Source: Gemmatimonadota bacterium (GTDB lineage Bacteria > Gemmatimonadota > Gemmatimonadetes > Gemmatimonadales > GWC2-71-9). Taken from it: a stretch of 64,000 bases of DNA. The notes below the pieces were generated by a model. It was given only the letters and a program-made list of their open reading frames with translations. It did not search any database and was not told where the DNA came from. A program made the translations under genes and the position numbers. Shown in pieces: positions 45,965-54,743 of this stretch (the first letter of the stretch is position 1; each line of letters starts with the position of its first letter). The stretch covers positions 128,001 through 192,000 of the forward strand of contig JBDHAB010000006.1 of NCBI GenBank assembly GCA_039588295.1. Direction: 5' to 3'.

Positions 45965-46235
45965 CTGCGATCTTGGGTCGTCCTCGTATGGGGACGATTG
46001 CAGATGCGAATGAGCCGTTCCCGTATCGATAATTATCATTTGGACAACGTGTTACGAACTGCGTTCGACGCGGTACCGAACTTGCGTTCTGGCTGCGCGG
46101 GTCCCGTCATGTTGGCGGGGAGTCATGTGCCCACGACGAGGTGGGAGGTGGTTGGTCATGACGCGAGAGGTACCGAAGCTCAAGCCCACGGTCTTCGTGA
46201 CCGCCGTTCCAGAACTTGCAGGAGGACGGAAGGCA

Positions 46236-46949
46236 ATGCCAAGACCAACTGAGTCACGCCCAACTCGGTTTGACAGGCGTCCCCGCCGAGGCGGGCGCGC
46301 GCGCCGTCGAGCACACGCCGCTCGGGCGAAGCACCTGCTGGTGATTGCGTTGTTGTCGTTGTTCGCGCTCTCACTTGGGTGTGGGGGCAAGCGGGTCATG
46401 GTGCCGCCCCGTCTCGATCTCGCGCCTTACCAACAGGTGGGGCTGGTGCTATTCACGATCGAGAACGCCAAAGGGTCTTTCCACGAGCTCGCGACCGAGC
46501 GGTTCGCGCAGACGATTCTCGAGAGCCAACAGGGCGTCGAGGTGTTGGAATTGGGCGAGGCCGAGCGGTTGCTCGACCGGATCGGCGAAGACCGGTTGGA
46601 TGCGTTTGCCGCGCGGCGGATCGGAGACGAATTCGGCGTTCCCGCCGTATTCGTCGGACATATGAAAGTGTCGGACGTCAAGCCGCGGGGCGCGATTCTC
46701 GATCTCAGGTTTCCGCGGGTCGAGGCTTCGGTGAATGTGGAGGTGACGGTGCGGCTGCTCTCGACGGAGTCTGGGGCAACGGTCTGGACGAAGGCCGGCC
46801 GGGCCACGGAGACGGTCGGGGAGTTGGGGATTGCCGGCGGCGAGGTCTATTTTGGGGCCGAGAACCCCGATGAGGCATACGGGCGGCTGGTCGACCATCT
46901 CATGTGGGAACTCACCCACGACCTGCGTCCAACCTGGGTGAGGCAGTAG
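46236..46949 (+). CDS. Putative lipoprotein (CsgG/GNA1162-like fold)
   Basis: Lipobox LSLG-C, A..IG..FGV.AVFVG, V.L...E.G..VW. Confidence 0.6.
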   Translation: MPRPTESRPTRFDRRPRRGGRARRRAHAARAKHLLVIALLSLFALSLGCGGKRVMVPPRLDLAPYQQVGLVLFTIENAKGSFHELATERFAQTILESQQGVEVLELGEAERLLDRIGEDRLDAFAARRIGDEFGVPAVFVGHMKVSDVKPRGAILDLRFPRVEASVNVEVTVRLLSTESGATVWTKAGRATETVGELGIAGGEVYFGAENPDEAYGRLVDHLMWELTHDLRPTWVRQ

Positions 46950-47163
46950 CGGGCCGTCGGAGTCGGCCCACCTTGTGCCGCCTCCGCGCGAACGCGGCGG
47001 CGGGCTGATCGCTTCCAGGCTGGTCTCACCCCGAGTTGAGCCCCTTGAGCGAGCGTGGCGCGGGCGAGATGCGTCCCTAGCGGGATCGCCCCAGGCCGGT
47101 TAGCTTTGGCGAGCGTTTGGGCGTGCCCGATGGGGGTGCGCCGCGGTACCAGTGAACACGACG

Positions 47164-47205
47164 ACGGGGACCTGGCAGCGCGCGCAGGTGCCCGTTTCTT
47201 GTTTC
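47164..47205 (+). terminator. Intrinsic terminator-like hairpin upstream of the cold-shock gene
   Basis: ACGGGGACCTG...CAGGTGCCCGT (10 of 11 paired) followed by TTCTTGTTTC. Confidence 0.55.
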
Positions 47206-47357
47206 AGGATCAGTCGCCGGGTGGCGAGGTGGCCAGCCACCTCGGGAGCCGGCAGCCGGCGCGGGGGCGGACCCGCGATGTCACGAAGATGAGCGATCGG
47301 CAAGGACGGTACGACCGGACTCCGACGAACATCGACACCAATACCAAGGAGTGCGGA

Positions 47358-47570
47358 ATGCGCACCAAAGGCACGGTGAAGTGGTTCAACGACGCCAAGG
47401 GTTTTGGCTTCATCTCTCGCGAAGACGGTGAAAAGGATTGCTTCGTGCATCACACCGCGATCCAGGGCGACGGCTTCAAGTCGCTCCGAGAGGGTGAGCG
47501 GGTCGAGTTCGATGTCGTGCAGGGCCAAAAAGGCCCGGCGGCTGAGAACGTAACCAAAATCGAAGACTGA
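47358..47570 (+). CDS. cspA: Cold-shock protein, CspA family
   Basis: GTVKWFN, RNP1 KGFGFI, RNP2 [21 protein letters not shown]. Confidence 0.95.
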   Translation: MRTKGTVKWFNDAKGFGFISREDGEKDCFVHHTAIQGDGFKSLREGERVEFDVVQGQKGPAAENVTKIED

Positions 47571-47602
47571 GTCCGAACGCCGACCGCGTCTGAGCGGGAC
47601 GG

Positions 47603-47630
47603 GGCCATCCTGACTTCGGTCGGGGTGGCC
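47603..47630 (+). other. Stable hairpin with UUCG tetraloop between csp and rpsU
   Basis: GGCCATCCTGAC-TTCG-GTCGGGGTGGCC, no U tract. Confidence 0.55.
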
Positions 47631-47674
47631 ACAGTGTATCTGCGCCCGCGGGCGGCGATCATCCAGGGAGTGTT

Positions 47675-47869
47675 ATGACGGAAATCATTCTGTCTGAGAG
47701 TGACTCAGTCGAGTGGGCCATCAAGACGTTTCGCCGCAAAGTGCAGCGGGCGGGCATTCTTCAGGATCTCCGCAAGAAGCGTCACTACGTGAAACCAAGC
47801 CTGGCACGTCGGAAGAAGGCGGCGGCGGCCCGGCGTCGGATGCGCCGAGGGCGGCGACCGCGCCGCTAG
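47675..47869 (+). CDS. rpsU: 30S ribosomal protein S21 (bS21)
   Basis: E.AIK.FRRKVQRAGIL...RKKRHYVKPS..RRKK. Confidence 0.9.
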   Translation: MTEIILSESDSVEWAIKTFRRKVQRAGILQDLRKKRHYVKPSLARRKKAAAARRRMRRGRRPRR

Positions 47870-47956
47870 GCGCGTGACGACGTGGGGTGGAGGCAACGGT
47901 CGGCGACAGTCCGGCCGGACAACGGAACGGCCCAGCACCGCCACAAGGGGGGGCGT

Positions 47957-49519
47957 GTGAGACGACTCCGCGTCGGGATCATCGATCTCGTCACGAAAGG
48001 ACCCACGAAGGGACTCTACGGCCGCATCATGAACGCGAACCTCGCGAGCATCATGCCCCAAGTTCTCGGGTATTGGTGTGAAGAGGAAGGGCATGATGTG
48101 ACGTTCGTGTGCTACACGGGGGTGCAGGATCTCGTATCGGAGCTGCCGAAGGATGTGGACGTCGTGTTCATCGGTGCGTTCACGCAGGCGGCACAGCTCG
48201 CCTATTCCCTGAGCAACCTGTTTCGATCCAAGGGCGCCGTCACGGTGCTCGGTGGGCCGCACGCGCGCTGTTATCCCGAGGACGCGATCCAGTACTTCGA
48301 CTACGTGCTGGGCTTTACCGACCGCGAGCTCGTGCGCGATGTCCTGCGTGACGTGGCGCCCCAACGGCCAGTTGGGCTTCACCTGCAGGCAGCGCGGCAA
48401 CCGGCCACCCTTCCGGGCGTGCAGCAGCGTTGGAAGTTCGTTGAACGGACCCTAGCCAAGGCGCCGCTCATCAAGATCGTCCCCATGATCGGCAGCCTCG
48501 GCTGCCCGTACACCTGCAGCTTCTGCATCGACTCCGAGGTACCCTACCAGACGATGGACCTGGAGGTGCTCAAGGACGATCTCAGGTTCCTGCGGGGCAA
48601 ATTCCGGCGCCCCCGCGTCGCGTGGCACGACCCCAACTTCGGGGTTCGGTTCGACGATGTGATGGACGCGATCGAAGCGGCGGCGCCGGCGGGTAGCATC
48701 GACTTCATTGCCGAGAGCAGTCTCGCCCTTCTGCTGGAGCCGCGCCTCGAGCGGCTGCAGCGGAACGGATTCGCAGCGATCCTGCCCGGGATCGAGTCTT
48801 GGTATGATATGGGAAACAAGTCGAAGACGGGCAAGGCACAGGGGGCGGCGAAGGTCGCTCGGGTTGCTGAGCACGTGGAGACGATCCAGCGCTACATTCC
48901 GTATGTCCAGACCAACTTCGTGCTGGGACTCGACGGAGACGCCGGCGCCGAGCCGTTCGAGCTGACCAAGCGATTCCTGGACATGACCCCCGGCGCGTTC
49001 CCCGCGTACTCGTTGCTGTCTGCCTTCGGCCGTGCGGCTCCGCTCAACCTGGATTACCAGCGGGCGGGGCGCGTGCTCCCGTTTCCGTTCCACTTTCTGA
49101 ATAACAACCACGCGATGAACGTGAAGCCCGCGAACTATTCGTGGCCTGAGTTCTACGACTACGTGATCGCGCTCACCAAACACTCGGTGTCATGGCGGGC
49201 AATCTATCGACGGTTTCGGGCGATCCGGCCGCGCATTCCGCGGTGGATGAACGTGGTCCGCGCTATCTCCTCGGAGGGTTTCGGGCGCATCCGGTACTAC
49301 ACCAAGGTCCGGGAGCGGCTCGACGTTGACCGAAAGTTCCGGGACTACTTCGAGGGTGAGAGCACCGACTTGCCGTCGTTCTTCCTCGAACGGGTCCGCC
49401 GGGATCTCGGACCGCTGTGGGAATGGCTCCCGAAGGGGGCGCTGCACCACGACCCCAACGCGTATCTCAAGGCCTCGGGGCCAAGCCAACTCGTTGCGTT
49501 GCGAGCTGCCACGGCATAG
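47957..49519 (+). CDS. B12-binding-like domain radical SAM protein
   Basis: VLGGPHA, GCPYTCSFC (CxxxCxxC), GIES, NFVLGLDGD. Confidence 0.85.
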   Translation: MRRLRVGIIDLVTKGPTKGLYGRIMNANLASIMPQVLGYWCEEEGHDVTFVCYTGVQDLVSELPKDVDVVFIGAFTQAAQLAYSLSNLFRSKGAVTVLGGPHARCYPEDAIQYFDYVLGFTDRELVRDVLRDVAPQRPVGLHLQAARQPATLPGVQQRWKFVERTLAKAPLIKIVPMIGSLGCPYTCSFCIDSEVPYQTMDLEVLKDDLRFLRGKFRRPRVAWHDPNFGVRFDDVMDAIEAAAPAGSIDFIAESSLALLLEPRLERLQRNGFAAILPGIESWYDMGNKSKTGKAQGAAKVARVAEHVETIQRYIPYVQTNFVLGLDGDAGAEPFELTKRFLDMTPGAFPAYSLLSAFGRAAPLNLDYQRAGRVLPFPFHFLNNNHAMNVKPANYSWPEFYDYVIALTKHSVSWRAIYRRFRAIRPRIPRWMNVVRAISSEGFGRIRYYTKVRERLDVDRKFRDYFEGESTDLPSFFLERVRRDLGPLWEWLPKGALHHDPNAYLKASGPSQLVALRAATA

Positions 49520-49549
49520 CGCCGCGTTGAGCTGCGGCGGGCGCGGGGA

Positions 49550-52216
49550 TCACCCGGTGTTCCGCATGCCCGCCGCGATGCCGTTGACGGTGACCAAGAG
49601 GGCGTCCTGCAGGCATTCCTCGTCAGGGGCGGCGCGTAGCCGACACAAGACTTCCGTCTGCACCAAGTTGATCGGGTCGACGTAGGGATTGCGCACATCG
49701 ATCGAGCGTCGTAGGACCGCGTTGTCTTCGAGTAACCGCGCGTGACCCGTGATGCGCGAGATGAGTTCAGTCGTCCGACCCAGTCGCGTTCTCAGGTCGG
49801 TCCCGATCCACTGCAGGTCCTCGGGTACGAGCCGCCGGTCGTATTGCTCCGTGATGGACGGCGACGCTTTGGCCAGCACCATCTCCACCAACTCGATGGT
49901 CGACCGGAAGAAGGGCCATTGCTCATACATGTGCTGCAGTTCCGCGAGCCCTCCGTCTCGAATCACCGCATCGAGCCCGTCGTTGACCCCCAACCAGGCT
50001 GGGAGGAGGAGGCGCGTCTGCATCCAGGCAAAGACCCACGGGATTGCACGTAACGACTCGACCCCACCGCCCGTACGACGCCGCGCAGGTCGGCTCCCGA
50101 TCTTGAGGCGGCCAAGCTCGATCTCCGGCGTGGCCGAGCGAAAGTATCGCAGGAACTCCGGCGTGTCGTAGACGACGGTGCGGTAGGCCGATCGCGAGAC
50201 GTCGGCCATCTGCTGCATCCGCCGTCGCCACTCCGATGATGGCTGTGGGTGTGGTGTGAGGGTGGCCTCCAGCGTGGCCGTCGTGTAGACCTCGAGGGTC
50301 CTGAGAGCAATGCCCGGCAGGCCGAACTTGGCCGCAATCATCTCCCCTTGTTCGGTCACCCGCAGCGCCCCGCCGACGGATCCGGGCGGCTGTGACTGTA
50401 GGGCGAGATGGGTCGGGCCGCCACCCCGGCCCACGGTTCCCCCGCGACCGTGGAACAACGTGACGCGCGTGTCGGATTCGCGAGCGGCCGTGACGATCTG
50501 CTCCTGCGCTTGGTACAGCTCCCACGCAGCGGCCAGTCGCCCTCCGTCCTTCGCCGAGTCGGAATAGCCCAGCATCACTTCCTGCTGTCCCGCGATGCGG
50601 GAACGGTAGCAGTGGATGCCGAGCAACTCCCGCAGGCATGAGCCTGCACCCCGCAAATCCGCTACCGTCTCGAACAGCGGCACGACTCGCAACCGCGGGC
50701 TCACACCTGCCGCCACTTGAAGGGCCTCGACCGCAAGCACGTCCGACGGCCGCTCGGCCATCGAGATGACGTAGGCGCCCAGCGAATCAGGCGGGAGCGT
50801 CGCTGCGATGCGAAAGGTGCCCAACACATCGCGCACGGGCGGCTCGAAGCTTGCCGAATCGGCAAGTGCCTCCCGGAGCACACCGCCGAAAGCCTCGATC
50901 TGCTCGCAGAGAAAACGCTGACGCGCGGTTTCCTCCCAGTCAGCGTACGAACCGAGACCTGCGCCGTGGGTAATGGCGTCGAGTGTCTCGGTGTGTCGCG
51001 CCGATTCCTGCCGCAAGTCGAGGCGCACCAGGGTCAATCCGAAACACGCGATCCGCCGCAACACGTCGAGGAGACGACCGCCGACCAGGATTCCCGCGCC
51101 TGTTGCGTCGAGAGACCGAGCGCAGACCCGAAGTGGCTCCGCCAGCTCCTGGACATCCCAGTACATGCGTGCAGCGGTGGTCGGGTCGATCCGCTGGCCC
51201 TCAAGCATCTGCTCGATACCCGCACGCGTCGCAGACAGCCGATCGCAGACCTCGCGGAGTAACGTGCGGTAGGGCTCCCGCGCATTACCCACCAGCCGTT
51301 GTAGCTCTGCACTGCCGTCTCGCAGCGAAAGCTCCGCTCGAAGCGCGGTGACGTCTTTCAAGTACAGATCGGCCGCCATCCATCGAGCGAGCAGACACGC
51401 GTGCGCCGTCACCTCCGGAGTCACGTTGGGATTCCCATCCCGATCGCCCCCCATCCAGGAACCGAACCGGATGGGCACTGCCTCCATCGGGAGCACTTTC
51501 CCCGTTGCGGCCTCGAGCGCGCGGTCGAGGGCCCGGAGATAGGACGGTACGGCATCCCACAGCGTCTGCTCGAACACGACGAGTCCCCACTTGACCTCGT
51601 CGAGCGGTGTAGGCGGCTCATGACGTACTTCGTCCGTCCCCCATGCGACCGTAACCTCTCGCAGGAGCTCCTGTTCCATCTCCTGGCGCTCGGCCGCCGT
51701 GAGGTCGACTCGATCCCGGTGGGCGAGGAGATCGGCGATGCGACGGTGCGTCTGGCGAAGCGTGCGGCGGATAACTTCCGTTGGGTGTGCGGTGAACACC
51801 AACTCGATTTGGAGCGCGCACACACCGGCGTGCAGCGCTTCGGGAACTACGTCCGATGCTAAAAGTCTCGAGAACGAATCTTCAAACGAGGCACGCTGGG
51901 GCGGGGCGGTGGAATCGCGCTGATAGGCATGCCGGCGACGAATACGGTGGTGCTGCTCGGCGATGTTTGCCAGCGTAAGAAAGTGCGCAAACGCACGTGC
52001 GATTGGCAGGGCTTCATCCACGGAGAGCGCTTCGAGTACGCTTCGCAGCTCGTCGAAGCAGACCGACTCACCTTGCCGTGCCCGCTTGGAGAGCCCCCGC
52101 ACGTGCTCGACCGTCTCAAAAAGCGGCACGCCTTCCTGCGTGCGAAGTGTCTGGCCCAGGAGCGCTCCGAGCAGGCGAACGTCGTCGCGAAGTGGACGGT
52201 GAGGATCGGGAGTCAC
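49550..52216 (-). CDS. ppc: Phosphoenolpyruvate carboxylase
   Basis: VFTAHPT, SWMGGDRDGNP, VMLGYSDSAKDGG, FHGRGGTVGRGG, LRAIPW, C-terminal MRNTG. Start estimated at GTG 52216. Confidence 0.95.
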   Translation of the reverse strand: MTPDPHRPLRDDVRLLGALLGQTLRTQEGVPLFETVEHVRGLSKRARQGESVCFDELRSVLEALSVDEALPIARAFAHFLTLANIAEQHHRIRRRHAYQRDSTAPPQRASFEDSFSRLLASDVVPEALHAGVCALQIELVFTAHPTEVIRRTLRQTHRRIADLLAHRDRVDLTAAERQEMEQELLREVTVAWGTDEVRHEPPTPLDEVKWGLVVFEQTLWDAVPSYLRALDRALEAATGKVLPMEAVPIRFGSWMGGDRDGNPNVTPEVTAHACLLARWMAADLYLKDVTALRAELSLRDGSAELQRLVGNAREPYRTLLREVCDRLSATRAGIEQMLEGQRIDPTTAARMYWDVQELAEPLRVCARSLDATGAGILVGGRLLDVLRRIACFGLTLVRLDLRQESARHTETLDAITHGAGLGSYADWEETARQRFLCEQIEAFGGVLREALADSASFEPPVRDVLGTFRIAATLPPDSLGAYVISMAERPSDVLAVEALQVAAGVSPRLRVVPLFETVADLRGAGSCLRELLGIHCYRSRIAGQQEVMLGYSDSAKDGGRLAAAWELYQAQEQIVTAARESDTRVTLFHGRGGTVGRGGGPTHLALQSQPPGSVGGALRVTEQGEMIAAKFGLPGIALRTLEVYTTATLEATLTPHPQPSSEWRRRMQQMADVSRSAYRTVVYDTPEFLRYFRSATPEIELGRLKIGSRPARRRTGGGVESLRAIPWVFAWMQTRLLLPAWLGVNDGLDAVIRDGGLAELQHMYEQWPFFRSTIELVEMVLAKASPSITEQYDRRLVPEDLQWIGTDLRTRLGRTTELISRITGHARLLEDNAVLRRSIDVRNPYVDPINLVQTEVLCRLRAAPDEECLQDALLVTVNGIAAGMRNTG

Positions 52217-52264
52217 GGAGAGATAGCTACTCCCGTCGACGTGTCGTGTCAAAAGTGCTGCAAT

Positions 52265-52280
52265 TGCTATTTTAGTGCCG
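52265..52280 (-). promoter_or_regulatory. Candidate sigma-54 (-24/-12) promoter of ppc
   Basis: Minus strand CGGCACTAAAATAGCA has GG-N10-GC spacing, compared with consensus TGGCAC-N5-TTGCW. Confidence 0.45.
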
Positions 52281-52380
52281 ACGGTCTTCATGGCATGAGG
52301 TCGATGTATCCACGACGCTACGGTACTACCTGGAGGATGTGATGTGTGGACTGTGTAAGGACTCCAGTCGCCTACCGGCG

Positions 52381-54543
52381 ATGCTCCGTTGGACCATCCA
52401 CGGGGCCGTCTCCTTGGCGTGCCTGTACGGAACTGCGGCGGCGCAGCAGGGTTCGGTGAGCGAGCCGCCACTCGTGACCCAAGTCGAGATCCTGCGCACC
52501 GAGTACGGCGTTCCGCACATCACCGCCGAGAACGTCGCCGCGCTGGGCTTTGGCCTCGCCTACTGCCAGTTGGAGGATTACGGCGAGCGGGTCGTCATGG
52601 GCCTGGTGCGCTCTCGTGGGGAGATGGCGCTCCATTTCGGGGCGGATTCCATCGATTCCGATTTCCCGGCTCGTCTCATCCGCCGGCGTGCACTCGAGAC
52701 CTATCATCTGCTCAGCCAGGATGCGCGTGATCTCTATGAAGGGTTTGCCGCAGGCGTGAATTGGTACGTCCGGCTTCATCCTGACGAGTTTCCAGGATGG
52801 CTTGCACCGACCTTCACCGGCCATGACGTGCACGGTCGCTTCATTCTCGCTCCGCGGCAGAGTGCCGTGCAGCGGTTCCTGGAGCGGCTGGAGACGGAGC
52901 GATCGGTTGGAGTGGGGCGGCCGAGCGAGGACGGCTCCAATGCCTGGGCATTCGCACCGAGTCGGACCACGTCTGGTAAGGCCATCCTGCTGCGCAACCC
53001 CCACCTGAGCTGGAACGCGGGCTATTACGAGGCGCACCTCATGGTTCCGGGCGACGTGAATTTTTACGGCGACGTGCGCATTGGCTATCCGCTGTTCTAC
53101 ATCGGCGGCTTCAACGAACATCTGGGCTGGGCGACCACCAACAACGGGCCGGATCTGGACGACATCATCGCGCTCGATGTGGATCCCGATCGGCCCGACC
53201 ATTTCCTGTTCGATGGGGGGGGCGTTCCGCTGCAGCGCGAGCAGATAACCGTCGAGTTCAAGAATGGTGAGGGACTGGGCCGTGAAACCCGGGAGTTCTG
53301 GCACACCTCCCTGGGTCCGGTTGTTCACCGGGGCGGCGGGAAGATCTACGTGCTGCGCTCTGCGGTAGATGGCGAGTACCGCATGGTGGATCAGTATCTG
53401 CGCATGATGCGGGCGTCGAATCTCGAGGAGTGGAAGGATGCGATGCGGATGCGAGCGCATCCGTCGTCCAACTTCACCTACGCCGACCGAGATGGAAACA
53501 TCTTCTACCTCTGGAATGCGCGACTTCCCGCGCGAGGCTACGTGCCCGGTGGGGACACGTTGGCGGTGCCTGCTCACCGCACCTCCGACATCTGGACGCA
53601 GCTCGTCGCATTCGACTCGCTGCCGCAGCTCTTGAATCCCAAGGGGGGCTACCTGCACAACGAGAACGATCCGTTCTACTACACCAATCTCGACCAGCCT
53701 TTCGATACCGCCGCGTACTCGGGCAACTTCCCGCGCCCGGCGCTGGGACTGCGGAGCCAGCTCGCACTCGAACTCGTTCACCGCACACCGAGCCGGTTGA
53801 GCCTGGAAGAGGTGGTCGCCCTCAAGCACACAACCCGCATGCTGCTCGCTGACCGCGTGAAGGCGGACCTCGTGGCCGCGGTGCGGTCGACCGAACCGAA
53901 CGGCGACGTGTTGTCGGCAATCGAGCTGGTCGACGCCTGGGATAACACGACGAGTCCTAGCTCGCGCGGTGCCGTGCTGTTCGAGACGTGGTTCCGGCGG
54001 TACCTCGTGGGCGAGGACACGCTCGACGCCGTGGCGTTCAGGGCCCGCTGGGACAGCGCGTTTACGGTGCCTTGGACCTCGGCGGAGCCGACCACCACGC
54101 CGCGGGGATTACGTGACCCCGCTCGCGCTGCAGCGGCGTTCGCCTGGGCCGTCGATGCAACGCGCGATCAGTTCGGCCACTGGGATGTGTCCTGGGGTGA
54201 GGTGCACCGAGTACGCCGCGGCGAGGTCGATGTGCCGGTCGGGGGATGTCCCGGATGGCTCGGCTGCTTCCGCACCCTCTCGTTTGGCGACGGCGAGGAC
54301 GGCAAGCGTGTGGTGAACAGGGGGGACGCGTGGATACTCGCCGTGGAGTTTGGTGATACCCCCCGTGCGTTCTCGGTGCTCGGCTACGGCCAGAGTGGCC
54401 GCGAGGACTCCCCGCATTACAGCGATCAAGCGGAGCTGTTCGCCGCGAACCGACTCAAGCCCGTGGCATTTACCGACTCCGATATCGAGGCTCGACTGAT
54501 TCGCCGCTACCGGCCGGGCCGTGAGACGACGGCGGGACGCTGA
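52381..54543 (+). CDS. Penicillin acylase family Ntn-hydrolase (S45)
   Basis: YGVPHI, GSNAW (beta-chain Ser), RNPHL, YADRDGNI, GQS....SPHY.DQ. Confidence 0.9.
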   Translation: MLRWTIHGAVSLACLYGTAAAQQGSVSEPPLVTQVEILRTEYGVPHITAENVAALGFGLAYCQLEDYGERVVMGLVRSRGEMALHFGADSIDSDFPARLIRRRALETYHLLSQDARDLYEGFAAGVNWYVRLHPDEFPGWLAPTFTGHDVHGRFILAPRQSAVQRFLERLETERSVGVGRPSEDGSNAWAFAPSRTTSGKAILLRNPHLSWNAGYYEAHLMVPGDVNFYGDVRIGYPLFYIGGFNEHLGWATTNNGPDLDDIIALDVDPDRPDHFLFDGGGVPLQREQITVEFKNGEGLGRETREFWHTSLGPVVHRGGGKIYVLRSAVDGEYRMVDQYLRMMRASNLEEWKDAMRMRAHPSSNFTYADRDGNIFYLWNARLPARGYVPGGDTLAVPAHRTSDIWTQLVAFDSLPQLLNPKGGYLHNENDPFYYTNLDQPFDTAAYSGNFPRPALGLRSQLALELVHRTPSRLSLEEVVALKHTTRMLLADRVKADLVAAVRSTEPNGDVLSAIELVDAWDNTTSPSSRGAVLFETWFRRYLVGEDTLDAVAFRARWDSAFTVPWTSAEPTTTPRGLRDPARAAAAFAWAVDATRDQFGHWDVSWGEVHRVRRGEVDVPVGGCPGWLGCFRTLSFGDGEDGKRVVNRGDAWILAVEFGDTPRAFSVLGYGQSGREDSPHYSDQAELFAANRLKPVAFTDSDIEARLIRRYRPGRETTAGR

Positions 54544-54743
54544 GCGGGTCCCGGCGGGCTAACATCTCGACCGTACGGTCGTCCCATAATGGGCGGGAAG
54601 CACCCGCCACGCACAGGCGACGGCCTACTGGCCGCGGCCGATTCAACGTGTTAGCTGGCTGGCGCGTAATCAGGAGTACGGGACCCCCGATGGAAGAGCC
54701 GAGAGCCTGCTCATTTTCTCGGAAACTGCTAGAGGTTGAGGCC

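Noticed and set aside
54590..54715. Cobalamin riboswitch before the TonB-like gene (GGGAAG and GAGCC...CCTGC fragments)
   Set aside because: Core elements such as AGGGAA..GGTG and GCCACTG are missing.
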